Assembly (NCBI GenBank): GCA_965235115.1
Contig: OZ249436.1
Span: 45,944,001-46,008,000, forward strand
Length of the DNA: 64,000 nucleotides
Direction of reading: 5' to 3'
From: Laetmonice hystrix
Lineage: Eukaryota
Below are positions 53,496-63,244 of this stretch, in pieces. Both the position numbers and the translations under genes were made by a program. Position 1 is the stretch's first letter; every line of letters begins with the position of its first letter. Under the pieces are notes generated by a model, which was not told the origin of the DNA, searched no databases, and saw only the letters and a list, made by a program, of their open reading frames with translations.

Positions 53496-53603
53496 CTTGT
53501 TGAGGGTTGGAATGAGATGAGGCAGGGACTGAGGGACCTCTAGGGCTTTCCTGACACTCGATAGATGAGAATTAAATTCCCTGTTACTGCTCCAGTGGTT
53601 ACC
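53496..53603 (-). CDS. Candidate internal exon of an unidentified gene (phase 0-0)
   Basis: cactgacag| 108 nt AAG|gtaagc; GNHWSSNREFNSHLSSVRKALEVPQSLPHLIPTLNK. No family recognised. Confidence 0.3.
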
Positions 53604-53708
53604 CTGTCAGTGGGTGATACCCGGGAGTCAGATGTCATGGAGATCAGTCAGATGACGTCACAGTGATGGGCACGAGGCTCAGATTACGGGTGAGGCGGGA
53701 ATCCTCAA

Positions 53709-53877
53709 TTTACGGGCTGGGTGGAAGCGCTCATTGTATGGGTTGGATGAACGTGTTCGGTTTACGGGTTGGGTGGAAGCGCTCATTGTATGGGTTGGAT
53801 GAACGTGTTCGGTTTACGGGTTGGGTGGAAGCGCTCATTGTTGGATGAAAGTGGTCAGTTTACGGGTTGGGTGGAAG
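53709..53877. repeat. About 52-bp tandem repeat, about 3 units
   Basis: Unit tttacgggttgggtggaagcgctcattgtatgggttggatgaacgtgttcgg. Confidence 0.85.
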
Positions 53878-54284
53878 TGCAGGGCTGATCTAGATTTCCG
53901 GAAAGTGGGGGTGGGCTCAAGAGGTGAATTTGAGAAAACTCTCTGTTTTTTAATGAAAAAATCGGTGCCAAAGCGCAGTGTTATCCCCCTGACCCCCTTC
54001 TCCTCGAACCCGACACTCGCCAGGTGGATAATTTCGTGGGAGACGCGAGACGGTGTTAAAGTCGGGGAGATTTGGACGACGTAACCCGCTAGGAGTACAT
54101 TCACACCGATAGGTGGCGTGGTAATCGGGCGAGATGGATCGTGACATTTGACCTTGGAGGTAATTCACCATTTAACGCAGCTTTCCGACGCCTATAAATA
54201 GTGCATTGATATTGAAACCGTAATGTATGGGTCATTCATACGTAATATAGTTAACCCTTATATGCTTGCTCTTTCTTTACGTTG

Positions 54285-54436
54285 CTTGTGACCTTGTAAT
54301 TTTCCAGGGAGTTCCGTATACTCGTATTGTGAATGACATACCTTTTCCAATCCCGACAACTTGTGACCTTGTGATTTTCCAGGGAGTTCCGTATACTCGT
54401 ACTGTGAATGACGTAACTTTTCCAATTCCGACAACT
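54285..54436. repeat. About 75-bp tandem duplication
   Basis: cttgtgaccttgt.attttccagggagttccgtatactcgta.tgtgaatgac... occurs twice. Confidence 0.85.
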
Positions 54437-55066
54437 CAAAGTTATCCTTTGTATAAATAACCGCGGAATCTTTGTAATTCATTACACAAAGCGACGAAAT
54501 TAATGGTGCAAGTAACAGATATTATTTCATTAAGGACTGAAAACCCCCATTACATTGCCTACTTTATTTCACGCGGTCCTAATCATATTAGTGAGCGTAC
54601 CCTTTGTGACAATAACGTTTAATTCAGAGGTGCAAGTCGTGCTTAAATGAATATTAATGCCTGCAAGAAATCATATTAACAAATACGGCCCGGAAGTACT
54701 CTATGTGAGAAAGTATCCATTAAACAGTTGCAGTTAATATCCCCACCTGGGGCGAATAAAGACATGACCAATGCATATTATAAATCTGTTGGACCCAAAT
54801 CACTATTTTAATTTAAAGAACACCCATACTACTAATTTACCTAATACAGATAAATCAATTCTCACTTTGCCAAATGTTACGAAATGTCTTAGATAATAGG
54901 TGTGACTTTTCTCAAATATCTTACATTTATTTATTCATGCAGTTTATAATTCAGAAAAAAAGGTGCGATATGATTATGATGATCGAAGTCGCATCTCAGT
55001 AAAAGGTTGCTCTCCGGGGCGTCAAACCAAAGGGCTCCCCTGAAACCTTGTAAACAGGACACTTAA

Positions 55067-55593
55067 AGGGAGTCGTAAAATTCATTTTTTCGATTTATGG
55101 CAGTCTTAGAAACATTATGATTCGCATACCTTGGACTCCCAGTAACATCATGTGAGACTGTTATGGCCCAGCGACCAGTATTTAGTAAAGAAAATATGCC
55201 AAATCTCTCGCAAATACGTAGCTCAGAATTAGCGAGCGGCCCACAGGATATTTGAGTTGGCCGCGGTCGGGCGATGATGACGCGTGATCACGTGACTTCC
55301 GGGTGTACATGCAGTATTTAGGTCAATGCTAGACTAGAGGGAGATTCCCTTCCACACCCGGAAGTCACGTGATCACGCGTCATCATCGCCCGACCGCGGC
55401 CAACTCAAATATCCTGTGGGCCGCTCGCTAATTCTGAGCTACGTATTTGCGAGAGATTTGGCATATTTTCCTTACTAAATACTGGTCGCTGGGCCATAAC
55501 AGTCTCACATGATGTTACTGGGAGTCCAAGGTATGCGAATCATAATGTTTCTAAGACTGCCATAAATCGAAAAAATGAATTTTACGACTCCCT
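55067..55593. mobile_element. Complete 527-bp foldback MITE (Kolobok-like non-autonomous DNA transposon)
   Basis: TTAA (55063-55066) AGGGAG...CTCCCT TTAA (55594-55597); 240-bp inverted arms (55067-55306 and 55354-55593) around a 47-bp spacer. A TTAA TSD with purine-starting termini fits Kolobok rather than piggyBac (which begins CC). Confidence 0.9.
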
Positions 55594-56631
55594 TTAAGTA
55601 CGAACGACTCGGAGATACAAACTTGTTAAGACCCTCTGAGGGTCTGGATGATCTGCTCCCGGACCGAGAGATATCCGAACCTCTCATGCTGGCCGCTGGT
55701 TCGCCACTAGGCGGCGACTGGGTGGGCGGAAGTGTTGGGGGACTAGAAGCAGTGACATGACACTTTGCTGGGATATATTGGTTCGCCACTTATGCCGACT
55801 GGGGCGATCAGTTCATTTCCAAACTGCAAACATAAAATTTCCATGTGATACCTTTTTCTTCTCATTTTGCTCTTTTTTCTTCTTCCTTTTTTGTTAACTT
55901 TTTTGTTGAATAAAACTGAATTTTTTGCATTAATGGGCCAAAATTATTAGCGTTCAATGACATACTCCCTTTTCTCTTTTTTCATTTCTTTTTTGCTATC
56001 TGTTTAAATTATAATTGAACTCGCTTGTGACGTATCTAACGGCCTCGGTTTCGTGGCCGTACATGTAGAAATCCTCTGTGAGTGAGAAACTAGTAGCGGC
56101 GATGTCTGGAACGAAATTAGTTTTCTTCAATCTTTGACCTCAGACATAGAACACACAGGGACGCGTGGTGGTTGGAGGACACACAGAGATCAGTTCCCTT
56201 ATACCAGTCTCATTTTGTGAAATAATGATTGACTTACATGCCATCAATCATAACGTCGATTTACTAATCTCAAGTCATACTGAGCGGTAAATCGAATCGA
56301 CAAAGTTGTTATTGATGAAGACCATCTCAGTCAAAATATTTGACTATTCTATGATAGTCTATGTCTACTCTAAAAGGATCAAAGTGTCACTCGAGTTTGA
56401 TACTTTTTTCAAATTAAATATGATATGGCACACATCCTGTCTAGTAATGGATTTCCCAGACACCGAATTCTACTGAGTAAAGTTTATCTGATGGGATCAT
56501 CCGAAGACTACAGTTTTACTGGCGAGAAATGTTCTTATTTTTTCTTCTGTACCTTGTCGGATTTCCTTGGCCGGTTCGAGTAGACAGGTTCATTCTAGGC
56601 GATCTAGTTGAGTTTGTTTTCTGTAACTTAC

Positions 56632-56676
56632 CAGGACATCAATAGCCATGGGTCTCTTCAACATAAACGCCTCCAT
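56632..56676 (-). CDS. Candidate start exon of an unidentified gene
   Basis: aacATGG context; MEAFMLKRPMAIDVL followed by a CTG|GTAAGT donor (phase 0); the ATG lies in the last unit of the 18-bp array. Confidence 0.25.
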
Positions 56677-57379
56677 GTTAGTTAAGGAGAACATGTTAGT
56701 TAAGGAGAACGTGTTAGTTAAGGAGAACGTGTTAGTTAAGGAGAACGTGTTAGTTAAGGAGAACGTGTTAGTTAAGGAGAACGTGTTAGTTAAGAAGAAC
56801 GTGTTAGTTAAGGAGAACGTGTTAGTTAAGGAGAACGTGTTAGTTAAGGAGAACGTGTTAGTTAAGGAGAACGTGTTAGTTAAGGAGAACGTGTTAGTTA
56901 AGGAGAACGTGTTAGTTAAGGAGAACATGTTAGTTTAAGGAGAGCGTGTTAGTTAAGGAGAACGTGTTAGTTAAGAAGAACGTGTTAGTTAAGGAGAACG
57001 TGTTAGTTAAGGAGAACGTGTTAGTTAAGGAGAACGTGTTAGTTAGGGAGAACGTGTTAGTTAAGGAGAACGTGTTAGTTAGGGAGAACGTGTTAGTTAA
57101 GGAGAACGTGTTAGTTAAGGAGAACGTGTTAGTTAGGGAGAACGTGTTAGTTAAGGAGAACGTGTTAGTTAAGGAGAACGTGTTAGTTAAGGAGAACTCA
57201 TTAGTTAAGGAGAGCGTGTTAGTTAAGGAGAACTCGTTAGTTAAGGAGAGCGTGTTAGTTAAGGAGAACGTGTTAGTTAAGGAGAACGTGTTAGTTAAGA
57301 AGAACGTGTTAGTTAAGGAGAACGTGTTAGTTAAGGAGAACGTGTTAGTTAGGGAGAACGTGTTAGTTAGGGAGAACGT
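56675..57379. repeat. 18-bp minisatellite, about 39 units
   Basis: Unit gtgttagttaaggagaac, with a 1-bp insertion near 56935. Confidence 0.97.
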
Positions 57380-57900
57380 TTTGCCGACAAGGCCTGACAC
57401 TAGCACAGCTTCACTCACTCCGACATCAGCTCCAGGCGGCTCGCGGTATCGGCACTATCGAGGACAATAGTCACAGATGATCTAATCCTCCACCAGGTGA
57501 CGCTGGTAGTCCTGTGGCCCTCGGCCACCTGGTGGATCATGTTCAGCTCTTCATGATGGCCCCTTCACAATGTCTGCATCCAACAAGGAGATCAATAGGT
57601 CCAACGTGGCAATCACAATATTATGAAATCATCAATCTTTTCCCCCCTATGTATTTTTATTTGTCATAGAGGCATGTGCCCCGAGTACCGAACTTGTTCA
57701 TCCTGCCTTAGAGCGAATATATTTTCATATTCAATAACCAAAGATCGTCTCAATTCTTAAGGACATCAGAAATGACGATCGTTTAGGGCAAATTCATTTC
57801 TGATTTACCTCGACGTATAATCAGTAGCAAAACATCAGAAGTAAAAAAAAACTGGAACCGTTCGGTTAAAATGTTTCACTGCATACATTCCCAGACTAAC

Positions 57901-58131
57901 CCTGCCACTCCCTTCCACTGCGCATGCCCAGTGCACATCTAAAGGCAGCGTCTCCGATCCCCGCGTCACATTTCCATCAATAGTCATGTGTCCTTCGGCA
58001 ATTAAATTACATGCTCGATGTTCGTCCTTTGAACTTTTCTTCCTCGTTTCTTTTCCAAGACTGACTGATTCGTCGTTTTTGTCCCATTTTAGCATCCGGA
58101 ACACCCGAGGCGAAAACAAAATGAAAAATAC
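57901..58131 (-). CDS. Candidate alternative post-M3 (intracellular loop) exon of the nAChR-like gene
   Basis: Strong acceptor ttttatttcttatttttacag|; the phase-0 frame VFFILFSPRVFRMLKWDKNDES... is open for 98 codons; possible AGG|GTTAGT donor at 57900. Confidence 0.35.
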
Positions 58132-58418
58132 CTGTAAAAATAAGAAATAAAAAGAGTTGGCAAAGTTCGTTCCTGGCAGTGCCTAAACGGGCATGTGCAC
58201 ATGCGCAATGCCTCCCGAGGGTATTGTCCCAACATATTAGAGAGAGATCCTAACCGGAATCATTCGAGCTGCTTGACATGCACATTGACAATGACGCCAG
58301 CTGGCCATTGCGGGCATTACACGCCTTGCTGTCGGCCTGCAGTCTAAACCACACACAACGTGTCCGTGGTTCTTTGAGATAGAAATGGTGCATTCACTCA
58401 TGATACCCCAGCCTGCTG

Positions 58419-58453
58419 TGACGTCATCCGGTCCAATAGTGACGTCACTTCCG
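58419..58453. promoter_or_regulatory. CRE / CCAAT / CRE-ETS motif cluster
   Basis: TGACGTCA (58419-58426), CCAAT, then TGACGTCACTTCCG (58440-58453) within 35 bp; motif match only. Confidence 0.35.
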
Positions 58454-58932
58454 CGTCCGATGAGGGCGTTAATACATGTCAGGTGTGATGTGGGTTTCTT
58501 TCAACAATGTGCTTTAACACTATCATAGAGGAGGTTCCTGTAAAGGGTGACTGGACCTACCAATGTTATCAAGGGGATTCAGCCATCATGGAGATAAAAA
58601 AAAAAGAAATCCTTCCTTCGTTCCCTCGTTCCTTCGTTCGTTCATTCATTCGTTCTTTCTCTTTTTCTTGAATTGCTATGTAGATTGGCTGTAGTGCCTA
58701 TTGACGTCATTAGAGACGGGCGAGATCGGCTCTCAGGTTTCAGGAATCAGAGAGTCAAGGAACAGGACGACGGACATTTAGGCCTGATTCAGGATCAATC
58801 ATGACTACACCGGTTACAGCTGACGTGTAATAGTGTCTCAAAATATCGGAGCCAACATGTTTAAGAATCATTCAGAGGGGACAGTCTAAGGTATTTTAAC
58901 TTATTGCGCACTTACGTAATAAATGTTGCTTA

Positions 58933-59144
58933 CAGTGCTGAACCCACCAAGGCGATTCCCCTTGCGACGCCCATGCGATTTTGACATCACCCTTTTATTT
59001 TACTGTAATTTTGAAATTAAAGGATGGAACCCATTTCCTGAAACGGAGAAGGCCAGCCAGGAAAAATTTCAGAGTGAAATTCCACCATTAAATCAAAAAT
59101 CGCATGGCCGTCGCAAGGGAATCGCCTTGGTGGGTTCAGCACTT
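58933..59144. mobile_element. Tc1/mariner-like MITE
   Basis: TA|CAGTGCTGAACCCACCAAGGCGATTCCC...GGGAATCGCCTTGGTGGGTTCAGCACTT|TA; about 50-bp TIRs, TA flanks, CAGTG terminus. Confidence 0.75.
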
Positions 59145-59237
59145 TAAGAGTGTACGCTTGAACTGGACCGATCACGTATTCCATATTCGTAGTCCGCAGT
59201 GCGCAGACTCTATGTGTACGTATAGTGTACAGTGGGT

Positions 59238-59503
59238 GGGTGGGTATTTGGGGTTTTACGCCTTGCAACAGCCAGGGTCATATCACGGCGGTGAAGATGA
59301 GATGAAAGTCAGTTTTTCTTGGTGGAGGAAACCGGAGTACCCGGAGGAAACCACCGACCTTCGGGAAGGAACTGACTGACAAACCTTTCACACATGCAGC
59401 CCAGGCCGGGAATCGAACCCGGGTCGCAGCGGTGTGAGGCGATGGTCCTAGGTGTCATGATGGAGCCGACACCTTAGACCACTCGGCCACCCGAGGCCCC
59501 CCC
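59238..59503 (-). mobile_element. Full-length tRNA-derived SINE with a V-domain-like core
   Basis: Minus strand: A box GTGGCCGAGTGG, B box GGTTCGATTCC, core GGTTTCCTCCGGGTACTCCGGTTTCCTCC, (ACCC)n tail; 13-bp TSD gtgtacagtgggt at 59225-59237 and 59504-59516. Confidence 0.9.
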
Positions 59504-60833
59504 GTGTACAGTGGGTACCGTCTCGTTCACTTTATATCATGTTATATCAACGAAACGAAAAGTTGGTGTTTAAATGTTGCTTTATCTATATTCTATTTTT
59601 CTCCGTAACCGTGTTTTGACAATAACACCACCAGAAGGTCAATATGGTCCATTGGTATATTTATATTGTGACTTTTCGCTGTGAAATATCACATTTTCTT
59701 TTGCGAAACGGGAGTGTTTTCATTTTCTGACATGACATAAAATTGAGCTTGAACACACGTACATCGACGCTCCTAAACATCTTTGGCTTCTTCTGTGCTT
59801 ACAGGGGAAGTTAATCTGTTTACCTCGTATAACTATCTTAATGGATAATTTGTCATGACACATCGACAAAATTATCTCCGTTAGGTGGCGCTGTTGAAAA
59901 TCCCTTTTCAAAACTAGTTTTTTTTTGCCCTATTAGAACACAGGTCAACAGTCCGTACATGGTATAGTCATCAATCAAATTTAAAAAGAAATAGTTACAG
60001 TTACAGACAACATGTTAACGGAAAAGACTATTTTGTAAGCACGAGTATTCAGTCTTATTGAGGGAGGGGAGGGAGGGGGTCTCGAAAACACAACCTTCAG
60101 TGACCGATGTCCTGGATGGTTTTCATTGTGAATTGTACATTTTTTTTAATACTTCCAGGACAAATATATAATACAGATTGTGCCAACGTATTGGTAAACA
60201 GGAGCACTATGTCATACAACTATTATCTCTTAATGATTTCATCATAAAATGTAGATCAGCATGTAGATTGGGACGTCCATTCAAGTCGTTTCCCTTCGCC
60301 TCTTGTTGTCTTCCTAATCATATCAATAACATACTGAACGTACTCATAAGGCAAGGTCTACACGAGTAAATAATTATTATGAGAACAAATATAAGTATAC
60401 AGTTGAGTCTCCCCCTGTTCAATTGATAATTATGAGATCCTAATGAACCCATTATGGGTTACGAACCATGCAATGCTGAAGTTCATACTTCGATAGCCTC
60501 CGCTGCATGGATAGCCTGATTACAGGCTTTGGTAAGTGAAAATATGTTTTCTTATGTACCTCAGCAAACTTACGTTTGTTGACAATTGAATTCTATCGAT
60601 GTATACACAGAAAATTCTTCTCCTCGTATCCGCTACTCGACACATGTGAGGTTACAAAAATGTGCGAATAAACATTTATGTACACGTTGCATAGTGACAG
60701 AAACAACAATGTAGGGTAACGTGCCCTTATTACCATCCAAAGTGCAGACAATATCATGTGCTATGCAAATGTAAATTTTATGTAAATGTAACTGTTGAAA
60801 GTCTCATTGACTAAGGACAACTTGACTGTCTTT

Positions 60834-60839
60834 TTTATT
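60834..60839 (-). terminator. Candidate polyadenylation signal of the nAChR-like gene
   Basis: AATAAA on the minus strand about 570 nt past the stop codon; motif only. Confidence 0.3.
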
Positions 60840-61404
60840 TTCTGTTTCGTTCCTCTTAGGGTGGGACTCACACATTTTGCCACCCTATCAGTGTTTTTTA
60901 TTTGTATGAGATCAGTATCCGATATGGTTACAGATTTAAAAAAATGTTTTGCAAAAGGGATTACAAGATGCCCCTCGCAATCCTGCGTCATAAATGTAAC
61001 AGGCTCCATGTCATTGCTAGTTCATAGTTTACTCGATCATGTCACATGATTTGTTTAATGGTTTGTATTTTTCGAGACAGCCATGTCACGGGACGTGTAC
61101 ATTCTGTACATTCATCCCTGTACAATTCAAACTCAAAGTTGATGTCACTGCAGGCAGGGATGTGGCTTTCAAAGTGTTCTCTTTGCTTCGCATCACATAA
61201 ATTTTGTTCTTCAGAGACAACATGCCTCATGTTATTCATAGGTTAGTCTCGGCAAGAACTGCGGATTTTCTCAAATGTTTCTGTTGGCAAGGAACCACTG
61301 CCTGAGCGCGTCTCGAGGAACGTCTGACGTCACGCTACCCATAATGCTGCGTGCTCCTCCTTATGTTCCACCAGGAGGCGCCACTCACAGTGCCAGATCT
61401 CGAG

Positions 61405-61677
61405 CTACCTCGGGAAAACGATACAGAACGAGACTACCATACCGATGATGTAGAGGATGAAAAAGACGCGGTCAAGGAAAGTGGCAATGACTCGCCACTC
61501 CACCACTGTCCTGCCTTGATCGTCCTCCTCAAATATGGCACCCTCCCTGTGGTGTGCTGCACAGCGCTGTCCCGTCGACTTCCGGTTAGCTGAACTCATG
61601 GCGTTCATCTTCCGTGTGTTGTCGACCATCACTCCCTGGAGACGTAACAACATGCTGAGCCATGCCTGGCGCCGGAG
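61405..61677 (-). CDS. Terminal exon of a Cys-loop ligand-gated ion channel (nicotinic acetylcholine receptor-like): intracellular loop, MA and M4
   Basis: Acceptor ttttctccaccgtgtcccag|, phase 0; LRRQAWLSMLLRL...EWRVIATFLDRVFFILYIIGMVVSFCIVFPR* contains the family signature EW-x3-A-x3-DR followed by hydrophobic M4. Confidence 0.92.
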   Translation of the reverse strand, partial: LRRQAWLSMLLRLQGVMVDNTRKMNAMSSANRKSTGQRCAAHHREGAIFEEDDQGRTVVEWRVIATFLDRVFFILYIIGMVVSFCIVFPR

Positions 61678-62357
61678 CTGGGACACGGTGGAGAAAATGG
61701 TTCAAATATATGTCTGGATATAGTGGGACATGTCAAGTCTGAGACAAAGAACAGATTCGCCTAGATCTATAATTCTTACGGCCATGTTGCCAGTTATGGA
61801 TCACATCAAAATTGTATAATGACAGGTATTAACATTTTATCTCTCTTTCATCATTATCAGAGGTCTGGCATCCATCCCTGTCGATACAAACTCTATCCTT
61901 TCATCAATCACGTCTAGATTTCTCTAGCCAGACTCCGCATATCTGGCCACTAAAACAATCTTCATAAGATGCCGCCAGCTTCGACTAGCTAGCAGTAAAT
62001 GGTTTTGTATGGTTTTTATCTTTTCTGGAGGGACAGGCCTCATTCCACAAATTACAGGATAGGATACAGTAGAAGTGGGCAAGTATTTGGATGAACAAAA
62101 CTGATAATATGAAATGTGACAGTCGTTCGAAACGGTTAAATGCCTGTCCCTTTCCTACCCAATCTGGATTAAACACCAGTGAAGGATCCGAGATTATCTT
62201 AGCGTGATTGCGAACTACACGTTATTACCTCCGTGTTTTATTTAGTGGTAGAGGGGCCGAGAACGGGGATACGAATACATTAATACAATCATGAAGGCAC
62301 AACTTTATTGGTTCTGTATACTTTAACGAAAAATAACCATGTCTTCGTTGTTCTGAG

Positions 62358-63160
62358 TAACTAGATAGGGTAGGAGGTGGTAAATACTCACCGCCACCAG
62401 CCAGTTTGGTACAGGCACTTTGTGACTAGATACATAGGAGGTAGATCTAGTAAATACTCACCGCCACCAGCCAGTTTGGTACAGGCACTTTGTGACTAGA
62501 TACATAGGAGGAGGTAAATACTCACCGCCACCAGCCAGTTTGGTACAGGCACTTTGTGACTAGATACGTAGGATGTAGTAAATACTCACCGCCACCAGCC
62601 AGTTTGGTACAGGCACTTTGTGACTAGATACGTAGGAGGAGGTAAATACTCACCGCCACCAGCCAGTTTGGTACAGGCACTTTGTGACTAGATACGTAGG
62701 AGGAGGTAAATACTCACCGCCACCAGCCAGTTTGGTACAGGCACTTTGTGACTAGATACATAGGAGGTAGATCTAGTAAATACTCACCGCCACCAGCCAG
62801 TTCGGTACAGGTACTTTGTGACTAAATACATAGGACGTAGATCTAGTAAATACTCACCGCCACCAGCCAGTTTGGTACAGGCACTTTGTGACTAGATACA
62901 TAGGAGGTAGATCTAGTAAATACTCACCGCCACCAGCCAGTTTGGTACAGGCACTTTGTGACTAGATACATAGGATGTAGTAAATACTCACCGCCACCAG
63001 CCAGTTTGGTACAGGCACTTTGTGACTAGATACATAGGAGGAGGTAAATACTCACCGCCACCAGCCAGTTTGGTACAGGCACTTTGTGACTAGATACATA
63101 GGAGGTAGATCTAGTAAATACTCACCGCCACCAGCCAGTTCGGTACAGGCACTTTGTGAC
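62358..63160 (-). repeat. 64/70-bp minisatellite made of the M3-exon 3' end plus its splice donor (12 copies including the real one)
   Basis: Minus-strand unit: ag|tcacaaagtgcctgtaccaaactggctggtggcg|gtgagtatttac...cctatgtatct; donor GT at 63125 (real), 63055, 62991, 62927, 62857, 62787, 62717, 62653, 62589, 62525, 62461 and 62391. Confidence 0.95.
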
Positions 63161-63244
63161 CTTTACTTTTAAACATGTTGATAACGACAGCCGAGAGAAG
63201 CGTAGAAAACGCTATCATTATCATGTTGATACAGTAATATATAC
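63126..63244 (-). CDS. M3-encoding exon of the nicotinic acetylcholine receptor-like subunit (upstream exons lie beyond the window)
   Basis: tttttcag| 119 nt |gtgagt, phase 1 to 0; (G)IYYCINMIMIAFSTLLSAVVINMFKSKGHKVPVPNWLVA matches M3 plus the VP-x-W motif of alpha7/alpha9-type subunits and joins the terminal exon in frame. Confidence 0.92.

Noticed and set aside
55063..55597. piggyBac element
   Set aside because: The TTAA TSD fits, but the termini are AGGG...CCCT, the reverse of piggyBac's CC...GG ends.
7779..57379. Tandem arrays as CRISPR arrays
   Set aside because: Units are head-to-tail with no unique spacers, there are no cas genes, and the context is eukaryotic.
56590..57470. Long repetitive ORFs (FSLTNT)n and (KENVLV)n
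   Set aside because: By-product of a stop-free 18-bp unit; a 1-bp insertion near 56935 breaks the frames.
57410..57560. Second M4 exon (RTTSVTWWRIRSSVTIVLDS)
   Set aside because: Only a vague resemblance to EWRVIATFLDR; no DR motif and no hydrophobic helix follows.
59400..59503. tRNA gene
   Set aside because: The A and B boxes belong to a SINE head: extended spacing, attached core and tail, and a flanking TSD.
61985..62176. Extra receptor loop exon (LFIQILAHFYCI...)
   Set aside because: The hydrophobic frame is phase 1 at the only nearby acceptor, which is incompatible with the phase-0 donor, and it runs into a stop with no good donor.
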